NCBI GenBank assembly: GCA_003331545.1
Contig: QOPC01000003.1
Span: forward strand, 1 to 55,131
Reading direction: 5' to 3'
Origin: SAR86 cluster bacterium
GTDB lineage: Bacteria > Pseudomonadota > Gammaproteobacteria > Magnimaribacterales > D2472
Length of the DNA stretch: 55,131 nucleotides
A program made the translations under genes and the position numbers. Positions 16,944-26,329 of this stretch are shown piece by piece. Within the stretch, counting starts at the first letter, position 1, and each line of letters opens with the position of its first letter. Under the pieces are notes generated by a model. The model made no database searches and was not told the DNA's origin. It was given only the letters and a program-made list of their open reading frames with translations.

Positions 16944-18406
16944 GAAATCATCTCCATAGCATCCATAAATACTTTAGATTTTTGTATACATTCAAGCCAT
17001 TCATTTTCAGGTATTGAATCAGCAACGATCCCAGCGCCAGCTCCCACATGAATTTTTTTGTTCTTAATAACAGCTGTTCTTATTGCAATGGCTGTGTCCA
17101 TATTTCCATCCCAGCCAATGTATCCTATTGCGCCCCCATAGATTCCTCTTGAACTTGGTTCCAATTCATGGATTATTTCCATTGCTCTTATTTTAGGCGC
17201 TCCAGACAGAGTTCCTGCTGGCAAGGCTGCTTTTAAAACATCGAAACAACCAAGCCCAGATGCAATCCTACCAATAACATTTGAAACAATGTGCATCACA
17301 TGTGAATACTTTTCAACAATCATTTTTTCTGTAACTTTCACTGAGCCTATCTCTGAAACCCTGCCAACATCATTTCTACCAAGATCAATAAGCATCAGAT
17401 GCTCAGCTATTTCCTTTGGATCATTTAGCAAATCATCTTGATAAGATTGATCTTCTGTACTATTTTTTCCTCTTTTTCTTGTTCCTGCTATGGGTCTCAG
17501 AGTAACCTCATGATCTTCTAGCCTCACTAAAATTTCAGGAGATGCTCCTACTATTTGGCACTCCTCTAAATTAATGTAATACATATAAGGAGAAGGATTT
17601 AAAGAACGTATTGCTTTATATAAATCAAATGGGTCGTGATTAAAAGTTGCTGAAAAATCTTGAGCTAATACAACCTGCATCACATCACCCTCAGAAATGT
17701 AATTTTTAATCGTTTCTACTGCATTCAGGTATTCTGACTTCGTAAAATTTGATTCAAATTTAAATGTATTGGTTATCTCTTGAAAGTTTTCGCTCTTTAT
17801 AGAAACAGGACTTAATGCTAGACTTTCAATTTCATCTAATTTTGATTGTGCAAATTCATGGGACATGCTGTTTAGATTTGCGTTAAAAATAATTTGAGTT
17901 GAATTATTAATGTTGTCAAAAACTATTAATTGCTCAGCTTTAACCAACATAATATCAGGCATATTTTCTTTAAACTTTGATCCCTTTGATGGCAAAATTG
18001 CAATTTTATTTTCAGCATATTGAGAGCTCTCATAGGCAAAAAAACCAACGAATCCCCCATAAAATCTTGGTAAGTTTTCTAATTTTGGTGATTGATGCTC
18101 AGAGGTTAATTCTTCTATTGCCTGCAAAGGATTTTCAGAAACGAAAGTATCATGAATACCATTAATTAATGTTTCAACTGTCTTTCCAGATACTTTAATT
18201 GTATCTATACAGCCAAAACCAATAATCGAATATTGAGCCCACCTATCACCTCCCTCTACTGATTCAAATAAAAAATTATTTTTTTGCTCTTCTACTTTTT
18301 TAAATAAAGACAAGGGAGTTTCACCAGGCGCATCAATTTTTCTGATCATGGGAAGCATAGAGAAATTATTGTCTCGAAAATTTTTATATTCTTCTTTTGT
18401 AATCAT
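16940..18406 (-). CDS. trpE: anthranilate synthase component I TrpE
   Basis: 488 aa. LFESVEGG, SPYMYY, GASPE, RPIAGTR.RG, LSGAPK.RAMEII.ELE...RG.YGGA.GY. Confidence 0.95.
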   Translation of the reverse strand: MITKEEYKNFRDNNFSMLPMIRKIDAPGETPLSLFKKVEEQKNNFLFESVEGGDRWAQYSIIGFGCIDTIKVSGKTVETLINGIHDTFVSENPLQAIEELTSEHQSPKLENLPRFYGGFVGFFAYESSQYAENKIAILPSKGSKFKENMPDIMLVKAEQLIVFDNINNSTQIIFNANLNSMSHEFAQSKLDEIESLALSPVSIKSENFQEITNTFKFESNFTKSEYLNAVETIKNYISEGDVMQVVLAQDFSATFNHDPFDLYKAIRSLNPSPYMYYINLEECQIVGASPEILVRLEDHEVTLRPIAGTRKRGKNSTEDQSYQDDLLNDPKEIAEHLMLIDLGRNDVGRVSEIGSVKVTEKMIVEKYSHVMHIVSNVIGRIASGLGCFDVLKAALPAGTLSGAPKIRAMEIIHELEPSSRGIYGGAIGYIGWDGNMDTAIAIRTAVIKNKKIHVGAGAGIVADSIPENEWLECIQKSKVFMDAMEMIS

Positions 18407-18415
18407 CTATTTTTA

Positions 18416-18844
18416 TTAAAAATTAATTTTATCTCCAACACCTATTTTGTTCTTTGCAAACCATCCTTGATTTACTTCTAATGCAATTCTCACTTGTTGA
18501 TTTGAGCAAATAGAATCTTCAGAAAAAGGGACCATATCATAAATCTCTAAAATTCTTCCATTACTAGTCATATACGCAACGCTTAATGGCAATGATGTAT
18601 TTTTCATCCACATGCATTGTTTTTTAGCTGATGGCCAAATAAAAATCATACCGCTATCTTTTTCTAATGATGCTTGGTTCATTAGTCCTCTTTTTCTTGA
18701 TAAATCAGTATTTGAAACAACTAAATTTAGCTTCGCTAACTTCCCTTCAAATGTTGCTTCTATATTTGCAAAAGAAGTAACGGAAAATGAAATTAGTAAG
18801 AGGTTAAGAAATCTTCTGACGGAAACTTTGAATTGTTTGTTCAT
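18416..18844 (-). CDS. DUF192 domain protein, exported
   Basis: RGLMNQASLEKDSGMIFIW...MWMKNTSLPLSVAY is the DUF192/COG1430 signature, and a signal peptide follows M27. I set the start at ATG 18844, since the ORF-track start at 18922 would overlap rpe by 119 nt. Confidence 0.7.
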   Translation of the reverse strand: MNKQFKVSVRRFLNLLLISFSVTSFANIEATFEGKLAKLNLVVSNTDLSRKRGLMNQASLEKDSGMIFIWPSAKKQCMWMKNTSLPLSVAYMTSNGRILEIYDMVPFSEDSICSNQQVRIALEVNQGWFAKNKIGVGDKINF

Positions 18845-19472
18845 AATCTGATGATCCAAAAATAGCAGAACCTGCAACAAAAACGTTTGCTCCTGCTTTG
18901 GAAACTCTTGAGATAGTTTCATTATTTATGCCGCCGTCCACTTCTAAGAAAATTTCATGATCTTGTTGCTCAATAAGTTCTTTTGCAGCTTCAATTTTTT
19001 CAATGGTCTCCTCTATAAACTTTTGTCCGCCAAACCCAGGAAAAACACTCATTAAAAGAATTAAATCGATATCTTTAATAATATCTTTCAATATGGACAA
19101 AGGTTTGTCAGGATTGACTGCAATACCAACTTTGCACCCAGATTGTTTAATAATTTCTATGGTTTCTTTGACATCCTCAACCGCATCTGGATGAAAACTA
19201 ATCAAATCTGCTCCAGCTTCTGCAAAGCTCATTGCCAATTCATTGACAGGTGTAATCATTAAATGAACGTCAATAAAATCTTTTATGCCATCTTCCCTTA
19301 AAGACTTACATACCAATGGGCCAATGGTTAGATTTGGTACAAAATGATTGTCCATAACATCAAAATGTATCCAATCAGCACCGGCTGACATTACAGAATT
19401 TATTTCCTCTCCAAGTCTGGCAAAATTTGCAGACAATATAGATGGAGCTATCAATAAAGATTTAGAATTCAT
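18804..19472 (-). CDS. rpe: ribulose-phosphate 3-epimerase
   Basis: 222 aa. IAPSILSANFARLGEE, HFDVMDNHFVPN, HLM, VNPG(F)GGQKF, VDGGI. Confidence 0.95.
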   Translation of the reverse strand: MNSKSLLIAPSILSANFARLGEEINSVMSAGADWIHFDVMDNHFVPNLTIGPLVCKSLREDGIKDFIDVHLMITPVNELAMSFAEAGADLISFHPDAVEDVKETIEIIKQSGCKVGIAVNPDKPLSILKDIIKDIDLILLMSVFPGFGGQKFIEETIEKIEAAKELIEQQDHEIFLEVDGGINNETISRVSKAGANVFVAGSAIFGSSDYEQTIQSFRQKIS

Positions 19473-19474
19473 AA

Positions 19475-20149
19475 TTAGTAATTTTCATCTTTTAAAACTT
19501 TCCTTGCAAGCTTTAGCCTGTCGGGAGTACCAACGTCTATCCACAAAGAATTATCAAAATGAGCAGTTACCTGAGATTTCTGAATTAAAGGAATTAGAAT
19601 TGTGTTCCAAAGATCAAATGGATAGTTTTTTGTTAAATGCTCATCTAAAATCTTCGGATTCATAAGTGCTAACCCGGAATATGTATAATCATTTAATCCA
19701 TCTTTTATAAAAACTTCTCCATCTCTGAGAGAAAAGTCGCCTTCAGCATTATGATCAGGGTTTTTAGTAGCTATCAAGTGTGCTGCATTTGTTGTGTTTG
19801 GAAGCTCACTCATATCTGGATTAAAAAAAATATCTGCAGAAGATAATATAAATGGATGATTTCCAAAGAAATCTCTGGCATTGGCTAATGCTCCTCCAGT
19901 TCCATATGGAAAGGGTTCATCAATAAAAATAATATTAGTAGTTTTGGTAAGCGATGCTAAGGCTGTCTTAATTTGATCTCCTAAATACGAAACATTAATT
20001 ATAAATTCGTCTATACCCTCCTTCATAAGACTTCTAATTGATCTCTCAATTAAGGATGAACCGCCAACCTCTAGCAGAGGTTTTGGTGTATCTTTAGTCA
20101 ATTTCTCCATTCTGGAGCCCAGTCCTGCTGCTAAAATCATGGCTTTCAT
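19475..20149 (-). CDS. murU: nucleotidyltransferase, MurU-like (N-acetylmuramate alpha-1-phosphate uridylyltransferase)
   Basis: 224 aa. MKAMILAAGLGSRM...TKDTPKPLLEVGG is the sugar-1-P nucleotidyltransferase signature. It is overlapped by and co-oriented with an AmgK-like kinase, as in Pseudomonas. Confidence 0.65.
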   Translation of the reverse strand: MKAMILAAGLGSRMEKLTKDTPKPLLEVGGSSLIERSIRSLMKEGIDEFIINVSYLGDQIKTALASLTKTTNIIFIDEPFPYGTGGALANARDFFGNHPFILSSADIFFNPDMSELPNTTNAAHLIATKNPDHNAEGDFSLRDGEVFIKDGLNDYTYSGLALMNPKILDEHLTKNYPFDLWNTILIPLIQKSQVTAHFDNSLWIDVGTPDRLKLARKVLKDENY

Positions 20150-21162
20150 AAAATTGACAGTTCTTTTTTCAAAGCTTTTGACACAGTATCTTGAAGAAAG
20201 TTAGTTAAACAGGTTTGCTGTAATTCATTGGACAATATTGCAGTATTAGAAACGATTTGTGGTAAATCTTTTAATCTAAATGAACGATCAGACTTTAGGT
20301 AAAGCTCAGTAAGGGTTCCCATAATTCTAAGATTCCTCTGCAGGCCTCCCCATAAAGTTGCACAATAGACTTCCTCTGGAGTTAATTTATAAATAGAGAG
20401 TTCTGAGAAAATATTACAAAAATCTTTTAATGTGTCTACATCACATGGTGTGTAATGATCGATAAGTATTCCTGCTAGATCTATTCCAATCGGACCAAAA
20501 CACATGTCTTGAAAATCAATAAGAGCTAAGTCTCCATTATCTAAAACGTGAATATTCCTTCTTTCAAAATCAAAATGACAATTGGTCCATTGTTGGTCCA
20601 TGATTGCGGGCCTCATATCAATAAAAAAATCTTCATACTCATCAAACATTTTTATTTTTAAAAATTCTTTACAGAAAATCTTTGAAAATTTTTTTGCGTG
20701 GGATTCAAGACCCATCCAAAATGTTGAATGCAAGTCAGTATGTTTGGATTGATGTAAAGTATTAAGGAGTTCCAGTGATAATAAAACAAGTTTGTGATTT
20801 TTATAAAAATCCTTTTCAGCTATCAGGGCATGATCTCCCAAGTCTTCTTGAATAGTTAAATAATTATCACTATTTAATTCAAAAATTTTTGGAACCTTAA
20901 CGTTAGATAAAGCTAGTTCATTTGCTCGTTGTGCAAATACTAACTGTCCGTTAATTGGCCTATCATCAAAAGAAACTACATAAGAATTTTCTTTAGATTG
21001 AACTCTAAAATATATTCGTCCACTTGCCTCTATTTTTAAAGGCTCTATTGAGTTCAACTCACCATCAAAACCTTGAGCAAATTTAAGTACTTGGCTTTTT
21101 GATAACTCAGCTATTTTTAATCTCCAGTGGCAAAGGAGTGTCATCCGGCAAAAAGAAATCAA
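20146..21162 (-). CDS. amgK: aminoglycoside-phosphotransferase-fold kinase, AmgK-like (anomeric MurNAc/GlcNAc kinase)
   Basis: About 332-338 aa. It has ASGRIYFRV, the Brenner-type HFDFERRN motif and LIDFQD. It pairs with murU. The start is uncertain (21162 or 21144) and overlaps the SDR gene's 3' end. Confidence 0.6.
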   Translation of the reverse strand: MISFCRMTLLCHWRLKIAELSKSQVLKFAQGFDGELNSIEPLKIEASGRIYFRVQSKENSYVVSFDDRPINGQLVFAQRANELALSNVKVPKIFELNSDNYLTIQEDLGDHALIAEKDFYKNHKLVLLSLELLNTLHQSKHTDLHSTFWMGLESHAKKFSKIFCKEFLKIKMFDEYEDFFIDMRPAIMDQQWTNCHFDFERRNIHVLDNGDLALIDFQDMCFGPIGIDLAGILIDHYTPCDVDTLKDFCNIFSELSIYKLTPEEVYCATLWGGLQRNLRIMGTLTELYLKSDRSFRLKDLPQIVSNTAILSNELQQTCLTNFLQDTVSKALKKELSIL

Positions 21163-21964
21163 GTGCTAATTCTGAAAATGGTACATCGGCATATTTGGAA
21201 AAATCTGTTATGCCAGCTTCATGCAAAATAAGATCATCTATGCAAAAATTGCCAGAAAATTCTGCAGGATCTTTAGTAAATATTTCATATGCTGCGTCTG
21301 CCATAATTTCAGGGGTTCTTGAGATGCTCATTAACTCTTCTCCACCTAGGACGTTTTTTACCGCTGCTGTTGCGATTGCAGTCCTGGGCCATAAACCATT
21401 AACGGCAATACCGTCGGACTTCAACTCTTCTGCCATGCCCAGTACACACATGCTCATGGTAAATTTTGCCATAGTATAAGCGAGGTGAGGACCGAACCAC
21501 TTAGGCTCCATGTCAAGAGGTGGAGCAAGATTTAATATATGAGCTTTATTCGATCGTTTAAGATGAGGAATACAGTATTTGCTGACTAAATAGGTACCTC
21601 TTCCATTAATTTGATGCATTAAATCGTATCGTTTCATATCTGTATCAGGGGTAGAAGTTAACGATATTGCTGAAGCATTATTTACACAGATATCAATTCC
21701 TCCGAAGTGACTTGCTGACTGCTCTATAGCATCTATCACATTCTTCTCATCTCGAACATCAAGCACCAAGGGCAAAGCCTCTCCGCCTGCCTCAATAATC
21801 TCATCAGCAGCAGTATAAATAGTGCCTGGAAGCTTAGGATGTGGTTCAGCAGTTTTTGCAGCTAAAACAACCTTTGCACCATCTTTAGCAGCTCTCTTTC
21901 CAATTTCTAAACCTATGCCCCTGCTGCCACCTGTGATAAATAATACTCTTCCTTTTAAACTCAT
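21107..21964 (-). CDS. SDR-family oxidoreductase (HSDL2-like)
   Basis: 285 aa. LFITGGSRGIG, NNASA, Y..SK. Confidence 0.85.
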   Translation of the reverse strand: MSLKGRVLFITGGSRGIGLEIGKRAAKDGAKVVLAAKTAEPHPKLPGTIYTAADEIIEAGGEALPLVLDVRDEKNVIDAIEQSASHFGGIDICVNNASAISLTSTPDTDMKRYDLMHQINGRGTYLVSKYCIPHLKRSNKAHILNLAPPLDMEPKWFGPHLAYTMAKFTMSMCVLGMAEELKSDGIAVNGLWPRTAIATAAVKNVLGGEELMSISRTPEIMADAAYEIFTKDPAEFSGNFCIDDLILHEAGITDFSKYADVPFSELALDFFLPDDTPLPLEIKNS

Positions 21965-22065
21965 TTAATTTCTCCGACTTTTAATAATTGTTGCTTGATG
22001 TTGCATTTTAAAACTGGTTGATGCAAGTTAAAGAGATATTATAAGCTTAAGAATTGAGGACGACT

Positions 22066-22665
22066 ATGAATGTAGATTTTATTTTTGACTTTGCCAGCCC
22101 AAATGCATACCTGTGTCATAAAGCAATTCAAAATCTTGAAAAGACGCATGATATAAATTTTAAATACATACCTTGTCTTTTGGGAGGCATCATGAAGCTG
22201 ACTAACAACCAACCTCCCATGATCACTTTGGCAGAAATACCAAATAAAATGAAATATGAATTTGATACTGCTTTTAACAGGTTTATCAAAGAACATGGCA
22301 TTACAAAGTTTAAAATGAACGAGCACTTTCCTGTTAATACTATTTCGCTCATCAGAGGAGCAATTGTCGCTCAAAAGAACGATTTTTTTGATTCATATGT
22401 TGAAATAGTTTTGAGTGGATTGTGGGAGCAATCGCTTAAACTAGATTCACCTGAATCACTTCATGAATTATTAAAAAAGAATGATTGTCATGCTGATCTT
22501 GTGATTGATGGGATTTCTAGAACTGAAATCAAAGAAGAATTAATTGCTAATACGAGTAAAGCTGCTGAAAATGGAGCCTTCGGAATTCCAACATTTTTTG
22601 TAGACGGTGAAATGTTTTATGGAAAAGACACCTTAAGAGAGCTTAAAGAATTGGCTTCTTCTTAG
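22066..22665 (+). CDS. 2-hydroxychromene-2-carboxylate isomerase family protein (DsbA-like thioredoxin fold)
   Basis: MNVDFIFDFASPNAYL and a C-terminal GAFGIPTFFVDGEMFYGKD. ATG 22066 follows GAGG at 22056-22059. The ORF-track start is TTG 22054. Confidence 0.75.
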   Translation: MNVDFIFDFASPNAYLCHKAIQNLEKTHDINFKYIPCLLGGIMKLTNNQPPMITLAEIPNKMKYEFDTAFNRFIKEHGITKFKMNEHFPVNTISLIRGAIVAQKNDFFDSYVEIVLSGLWEQSLKLDSPESLHELLKKNDCHADLVIDGISRTEIKEELIANTSKAAENGAFGIPTFFVDGEMFYGKDTLRELKELASS

Positions 22666-22676
22666 AGCTAAAATTT

Positions 22677-24998
22677 TTGAAATTCAAAATATTACAATCT
22701 AAAAATATAAAATATTCTTTAGCATTTTTGGTGCTTATTGCTACCAAATCAATAAGTGGCTTTGCCCAAGATTATCTGGGGGCCGAAAGTAATCAGAATA
22801 ATGTTCAAGGTTGTATACATCCAAGCTTCCCATTATTGATTGATAATCATGCTACTGATTCCCTTAATGCTGGAATTATGAATGTTCTGTCAAATGGAGA
22901 TATTTCTTTAGATGACAATGTGTTTATTGCGATTGAAAAAGGGAATATTAATGCCAGTAGTGCTACTTATATTCAAAATCAGGGTGAATTCAAAGATATT
23001 AAAAACGGCAGCATCTATCACTCGCAAAATTATTTTAAATTTTTAAATGGTTCACTCAATAAACAATCAAGTGCAATAAAGCTAAGTGATGGCGAAAGCT
23101 TCTTGAGGGAACGAAATTTACACATAAAATATCAATCACTAGAAGGCAAGTTGGATGATAGCCTAGAGTTTAGAGATGCAAGTTTGAGCTCCTGTAATGA
23201 CACTTCTAGTGGCTGGAGAATTGAAGCTGAAGCTATTAATATTAGTGAAGTTACAAGCCGAGGACATATTGAAGACCTGAGACTTAAAATTCTCGATAAA
23301 ACAGTATTAAGACTGCCCTACCTACCTTTTCCCGCAACCACAAAAAGATTGAGTGGTTTTCTAGAACCCGAATTGAATTTTACATCTGATGGATTGGATC
23401 TTTTTCTACCTTATTTTTGGGTTTTATCAAAGCAATCAGATATTACATTAGCTCCTAGAATACTAAAAAAAAGAGGCTCTGGTTTAGAGGTAAATTATAG
23501 ATACCTTTCTAACAACAATACTGCATCTAAAAACTATCTTGATTTACTTTTTTTTCCAGAGGATAAGGAGTTTAGAAAAGATTACGGCGCAAATAATAAT
23601 GATAGATGGGCATTTAGATTTAAAGAAAAAAGAACTATCTCTAATTTTACTACCTCTATTGATTGGGCAAAATCTTCGGATTCAATGGTATTGCTAGACT
23701 TGCCCTCAAGTATCACAAACATTGCTAATCAAAGGGATCATTATTTAACTCAATCAATCTCAATAGGAATGGTACTCGACAGGCTATCTTTCAATATTAT
23801 GCGAGAGGGACATCAAAGCCTGAATCCATTTATAAATAGTACGTACGTCAAAAAACCGGAGGTTCAGATTCAATATATTCAACATGCATCCAATCTTTCA
23901 TATTTCATAAAAACAGATTTCTCAAATTTTGAGATTGATGAAACTAAATACTCATTTATTGATAATAATCTATCTGGCAAAGGTGGAGAGCGATTTGTTG
24001 CTGAAGTTGGCGGCGAAATACTGCACAGTTTAAAGCATGTTGATGTTTCAATTTTTGGAACGGTTTTGCATAAAAAATATAATCTTGATGTTGCAAATAC
24101 AAATTCTCTTTCCTCATCAATACCTTCTATTAAAATTAAGATCTCTTCATTGTTTAGGAAGCTGTCTGAATCAGATATTTCATTAATAAGTCCTGAGTTT
24201 GTCTATCAAAAAACCAATTTTAAAGATCAAAGCATGAATCCTATTTTTGATCTTCATCAAAGGAATATTGGTAATTTCAATACCTCAAATACTCAATATT
24301 TTTTTGGTAAAGATAGGATTCCTGATTCAGAGTTTTTGATTGGCAAATTAAAATGGCAAAAAAGATTAAAGAATAATGAAAGGTTTAATATTGAATTAAT
24401 CAAAAAAAATGAATTAAAAACAAGTAGAGTAATAAATGAAATGCTTATTAGTCCTATCGGCAAAGATAATCAAATCGGGACAAATTTATCTTTTGAAAAA
24501 AAGAATTTGAAAACATACATTTCTGCGAATTATTCACAAAAAAGAAATACCCTGAATTACGGCAATGCAGGTTTAGAAATTAGTCTACCCGAAACAAATC
24601 TGATGCTCTCAAGAAGTTTTCAAAAAAATATTCCGTTGCTAAATTCAACGAATGAAATAGATTATGCTGAAATATCAATTGAGCATCTTATGTCTCAAGG
24701 CTATAAGTTAATAGGTGGCATAACAAAAGATTTGAATGCAAAGAAAAATTTAGAGAGTTACTTTGGTATAAGTTTTGAGAATTGTTGTCTAGCATTTAAG
24801 GTCTATGCATCAGATAAAAGACTATCAAAATATAATTTTTTAAATTTTCAATCCTCACAACTTAGTAATATGACTTGGGAAAATATGATTTCAGTTGAAA
24901 ACAAAAGTAGAATTAACTTTGAGTTTGAGCTGAAAGGCCTTACCGGAGGAAACAAAAGAATTAATAGCTTTTTTTCAAATGCTTTTATGAATCTCTGA
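22677..24998 (+). CDS. lptD: LPS-assembly outer-membrane protein LptD
   Basis: 773 aa with a TTG start and a signal peptide. It has an OstA-like N-domain, a long beta-barrel-like region with aromatic/alternating residues, and a C-terminal F-rich ending. It sits immediately upstream of surA-pdxA-rsmA-apaH. Confidence 0.85.
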   Translation: MKFKILQSKNIKYSLAFLVLIATKSISGFAQDYLGAESNQNNVQGCIHPSFPLLIDNHATDSLNAGIMNVLSNGDISLDDNVFIAIEKGNINASSATYIQNQGEFKDIKNGSIYHSQNYFKFLNGSLNKQSSAIKLSDGESFLRERNLHIKYQSLEGKLDDSLEFRDASLSSCNDTSSGWRIEAEAINISEVTSRGHIEDLRLKILDKTVLRLPYLPFPATTKRLSGFLEPELNFTSDGLDLFLPYFWVLSKQSDITLAPRILKKRGSGLEVNYRYLSNNNTASKNYLDLLFFPEDKEFRKDYGANNNDRWAFRFKEKRTISNFTTSIDWAKSSDSMVLLDLPSSITNIANQRDHYLTQSISIGMVLDRLSFNIMREGHQSLNPFINSTYVKKPEVQIQYIQHASNLSYFIKTDFSNFEIDETKYSFIDNNLSGKGGERFVAEVGGEILHSLKHVDVSIFGTVLHKKYNLDVANTNSLSSSIPSIKIKISSLFRKLSESDISLISPEFVYQKTNFKDQSMNPIFDLHQRNIGNFNTSNTQYFFGKDRIPDSEFLIGKLKWQKRLKNNERFNIELIKKNELKTSRVINEMLISPIGKDNQIGTNLSFEKKNLKTYISANYSQKRNTLNYGNAGLEISLPETNLMLSRSFQKNIPLLNSTNEIDYAEISIEHLMSQGYKLIGGITKDLNAKKNLESYFGISFENCCLAFKVYASDKRLSKYNFLNFQSSQLSNMTWENMISVENKSRINFEFELKGLTGGNKRINSFFSNAFMNL

Positions 24999-25078
24999 AT
25001 GTAAAAAAGCTAAAAGATTATAGAAGATTTTGTTAGATCGATGCCTTCCAAACATTTAATTCAGTACAATACCTAATT

Positions 25079-26329
25079 ATGAAAAAATATTTATACATTG
25101 CTCTGGTGATGCTTCCAATCTTTCAGGTTGATGCAAAAATAGAAATACTCGATAGAGTCGCAATTATTGTTGAAGATGGTGTGGTCCTTGAATCACAGGT
25201 AAACAAGATGATGGGCAATATTAGAAAGAGATATAAAGAACAAGGTGCTGCCCTTCCGCCAAAAGAAATACTACTTGAGCAAGTACATGAGAGATTAATT
25301 GTAGAGGAACTTCAATTACAAATGGGTAGACAGGCTGGAATAAGAATTGGAGATGGTGAATTAAATCAAACATTTGAGAATATTGCAGAAAGCAATGGAA
25401 TGTCCTTGAATGAGTTTATAGAAACCTTTGAGGCAGAGGCAAATGGTGAATCTTATGAAGAATTAAGATCTCAAGTTAGGAATGAAATGATTATCCAAAG
25501 AGTTCAAAGAGGAAAGGTTGGTAGAGAGATTAATATTACTGAACAAGAGTTAGATGGATTCTTAGCAACAGAGGGAGCTATCAAGGAACTTTCTCCAGAG
25601 CTTTTTATTCTACAAATTCTTGTATCTAATCAAAATAAAGCTGATGCTCTTCTTGAGAAATTAAATTCAGGTTCTGATTTTAGGATGCTTGCTAAAGAAA
25701 ATTCCATAAGCAATAACGCATCTTCGGGTGGTGAGATGGGATGGAGAAATCTTACTGATTTACCAAGCCTATTCGTGGCCGCTCTTAAAAATAAGAAAAA
25801 AGGGTATATTTCACCAACTTTGAAAAGTGGTTCAGGTTATTACATTTTAATGCTGCAAGATAAACGAGGAGATCTTGTACGTTTTGAAGATCAGTGGAAT
25901 GTTCGCCATATATTGATGATGACAACAAAGTTAAGAGATGAGACATTTACAAAAAAAGAATTAGAAGAAGTAAGGGCAAGAGCACTAGCTGGGGAAGATT
26001 TTGATCTATTGGCCAAGGAATTCTCTGAGGACCCTGGCTCAGCAAGCAGAGGTGGTGACTTAGACTGGATAAGCTTAGGAAAGACTGCTCCTCGTTTTGA
26101 AAAAATGATGCTGGAGTCCCCATTGAATGAGATCTCTCCTGTTTTTGAGTCTGAATTTGGTTATCATTTCCTGGAAGTGCTCGATAAAAGAACAGAGGAT
26201 TTAACAGAAGAAGTAATAAAAGACAGGGCTTATGGAATCCTATTTTCTAGAAAGTACGATGAGCAACTTGAAAATACTCTCCGCACTTCAAGAGCTGAAG
26301 CTTTTGTAGAGTTTAAAGAATTAGATTGA
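25079..26329 (+). CDS. surA: periplasmic chaperone / peptidyl-prolyl isomerase SurA
   Basis: 416 aa with a signal peptide, an N-terminal SurA domain (LDRVAIIVEDGVVLESQV) and two parvulin domains (GGEMGW..., GGDLDW...FGYHFLEV). Confidence 0.9.
   Translation: MKKYLYIALVMLPIFQVDAKIEILDRVAIIVEDGVVLESQVNKMMGNIRKRYKEQGAALPPKEILLEQVHERLIVEELQLQMGRQAGIRIGDGELNQTFENIAESNGMSLNEFIETFEAEANGESYEELRSQVRNEMIIQRVQRGKVGREINITEQELDGFLATEGAIKELSPELFILQILVSNQNKADALLEKLNSGSDFRMLAKENSISNNASSGGEMGWRNLTDLPSLFVAALKNKKKGYISPTLKSGSGYYILMLQDKRGDLVRFEDQWNVRHILMMTTKLRDETFTKKELEEVRARALAGEDFDLLAKEFSEDPGSASRGGDLDWISLGKTAPRFEKMMLESPLNEISPVFESEFGYHFLEVLDKRTEDLTEEVIKDRAYGILFSRKYDEQLENTLRTSRAEAFVEFKELD

Noticed and set aside
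16900-16980. trpE/trpG junction as a tailocin/prophage insertion hot spot (as in P. aeruginosa)
   Set aside because: The two genes overlap by 4 nt, so nothing is inserted.
18407-18415. trp leader peptide or attenuator upstream of trpE
   Set aside because: Only 9 nt separate trpE from the preceding gene, leaving no space for a leader.
21099-22374. Antisense or alternative ORFs 21099-21479 (+), 22039-22374 (-) and 22128-22352 (-)
   Set aside because: They lie within the SDR and HCCA-isomerase-family genes, and I recognised no similarity to anything.
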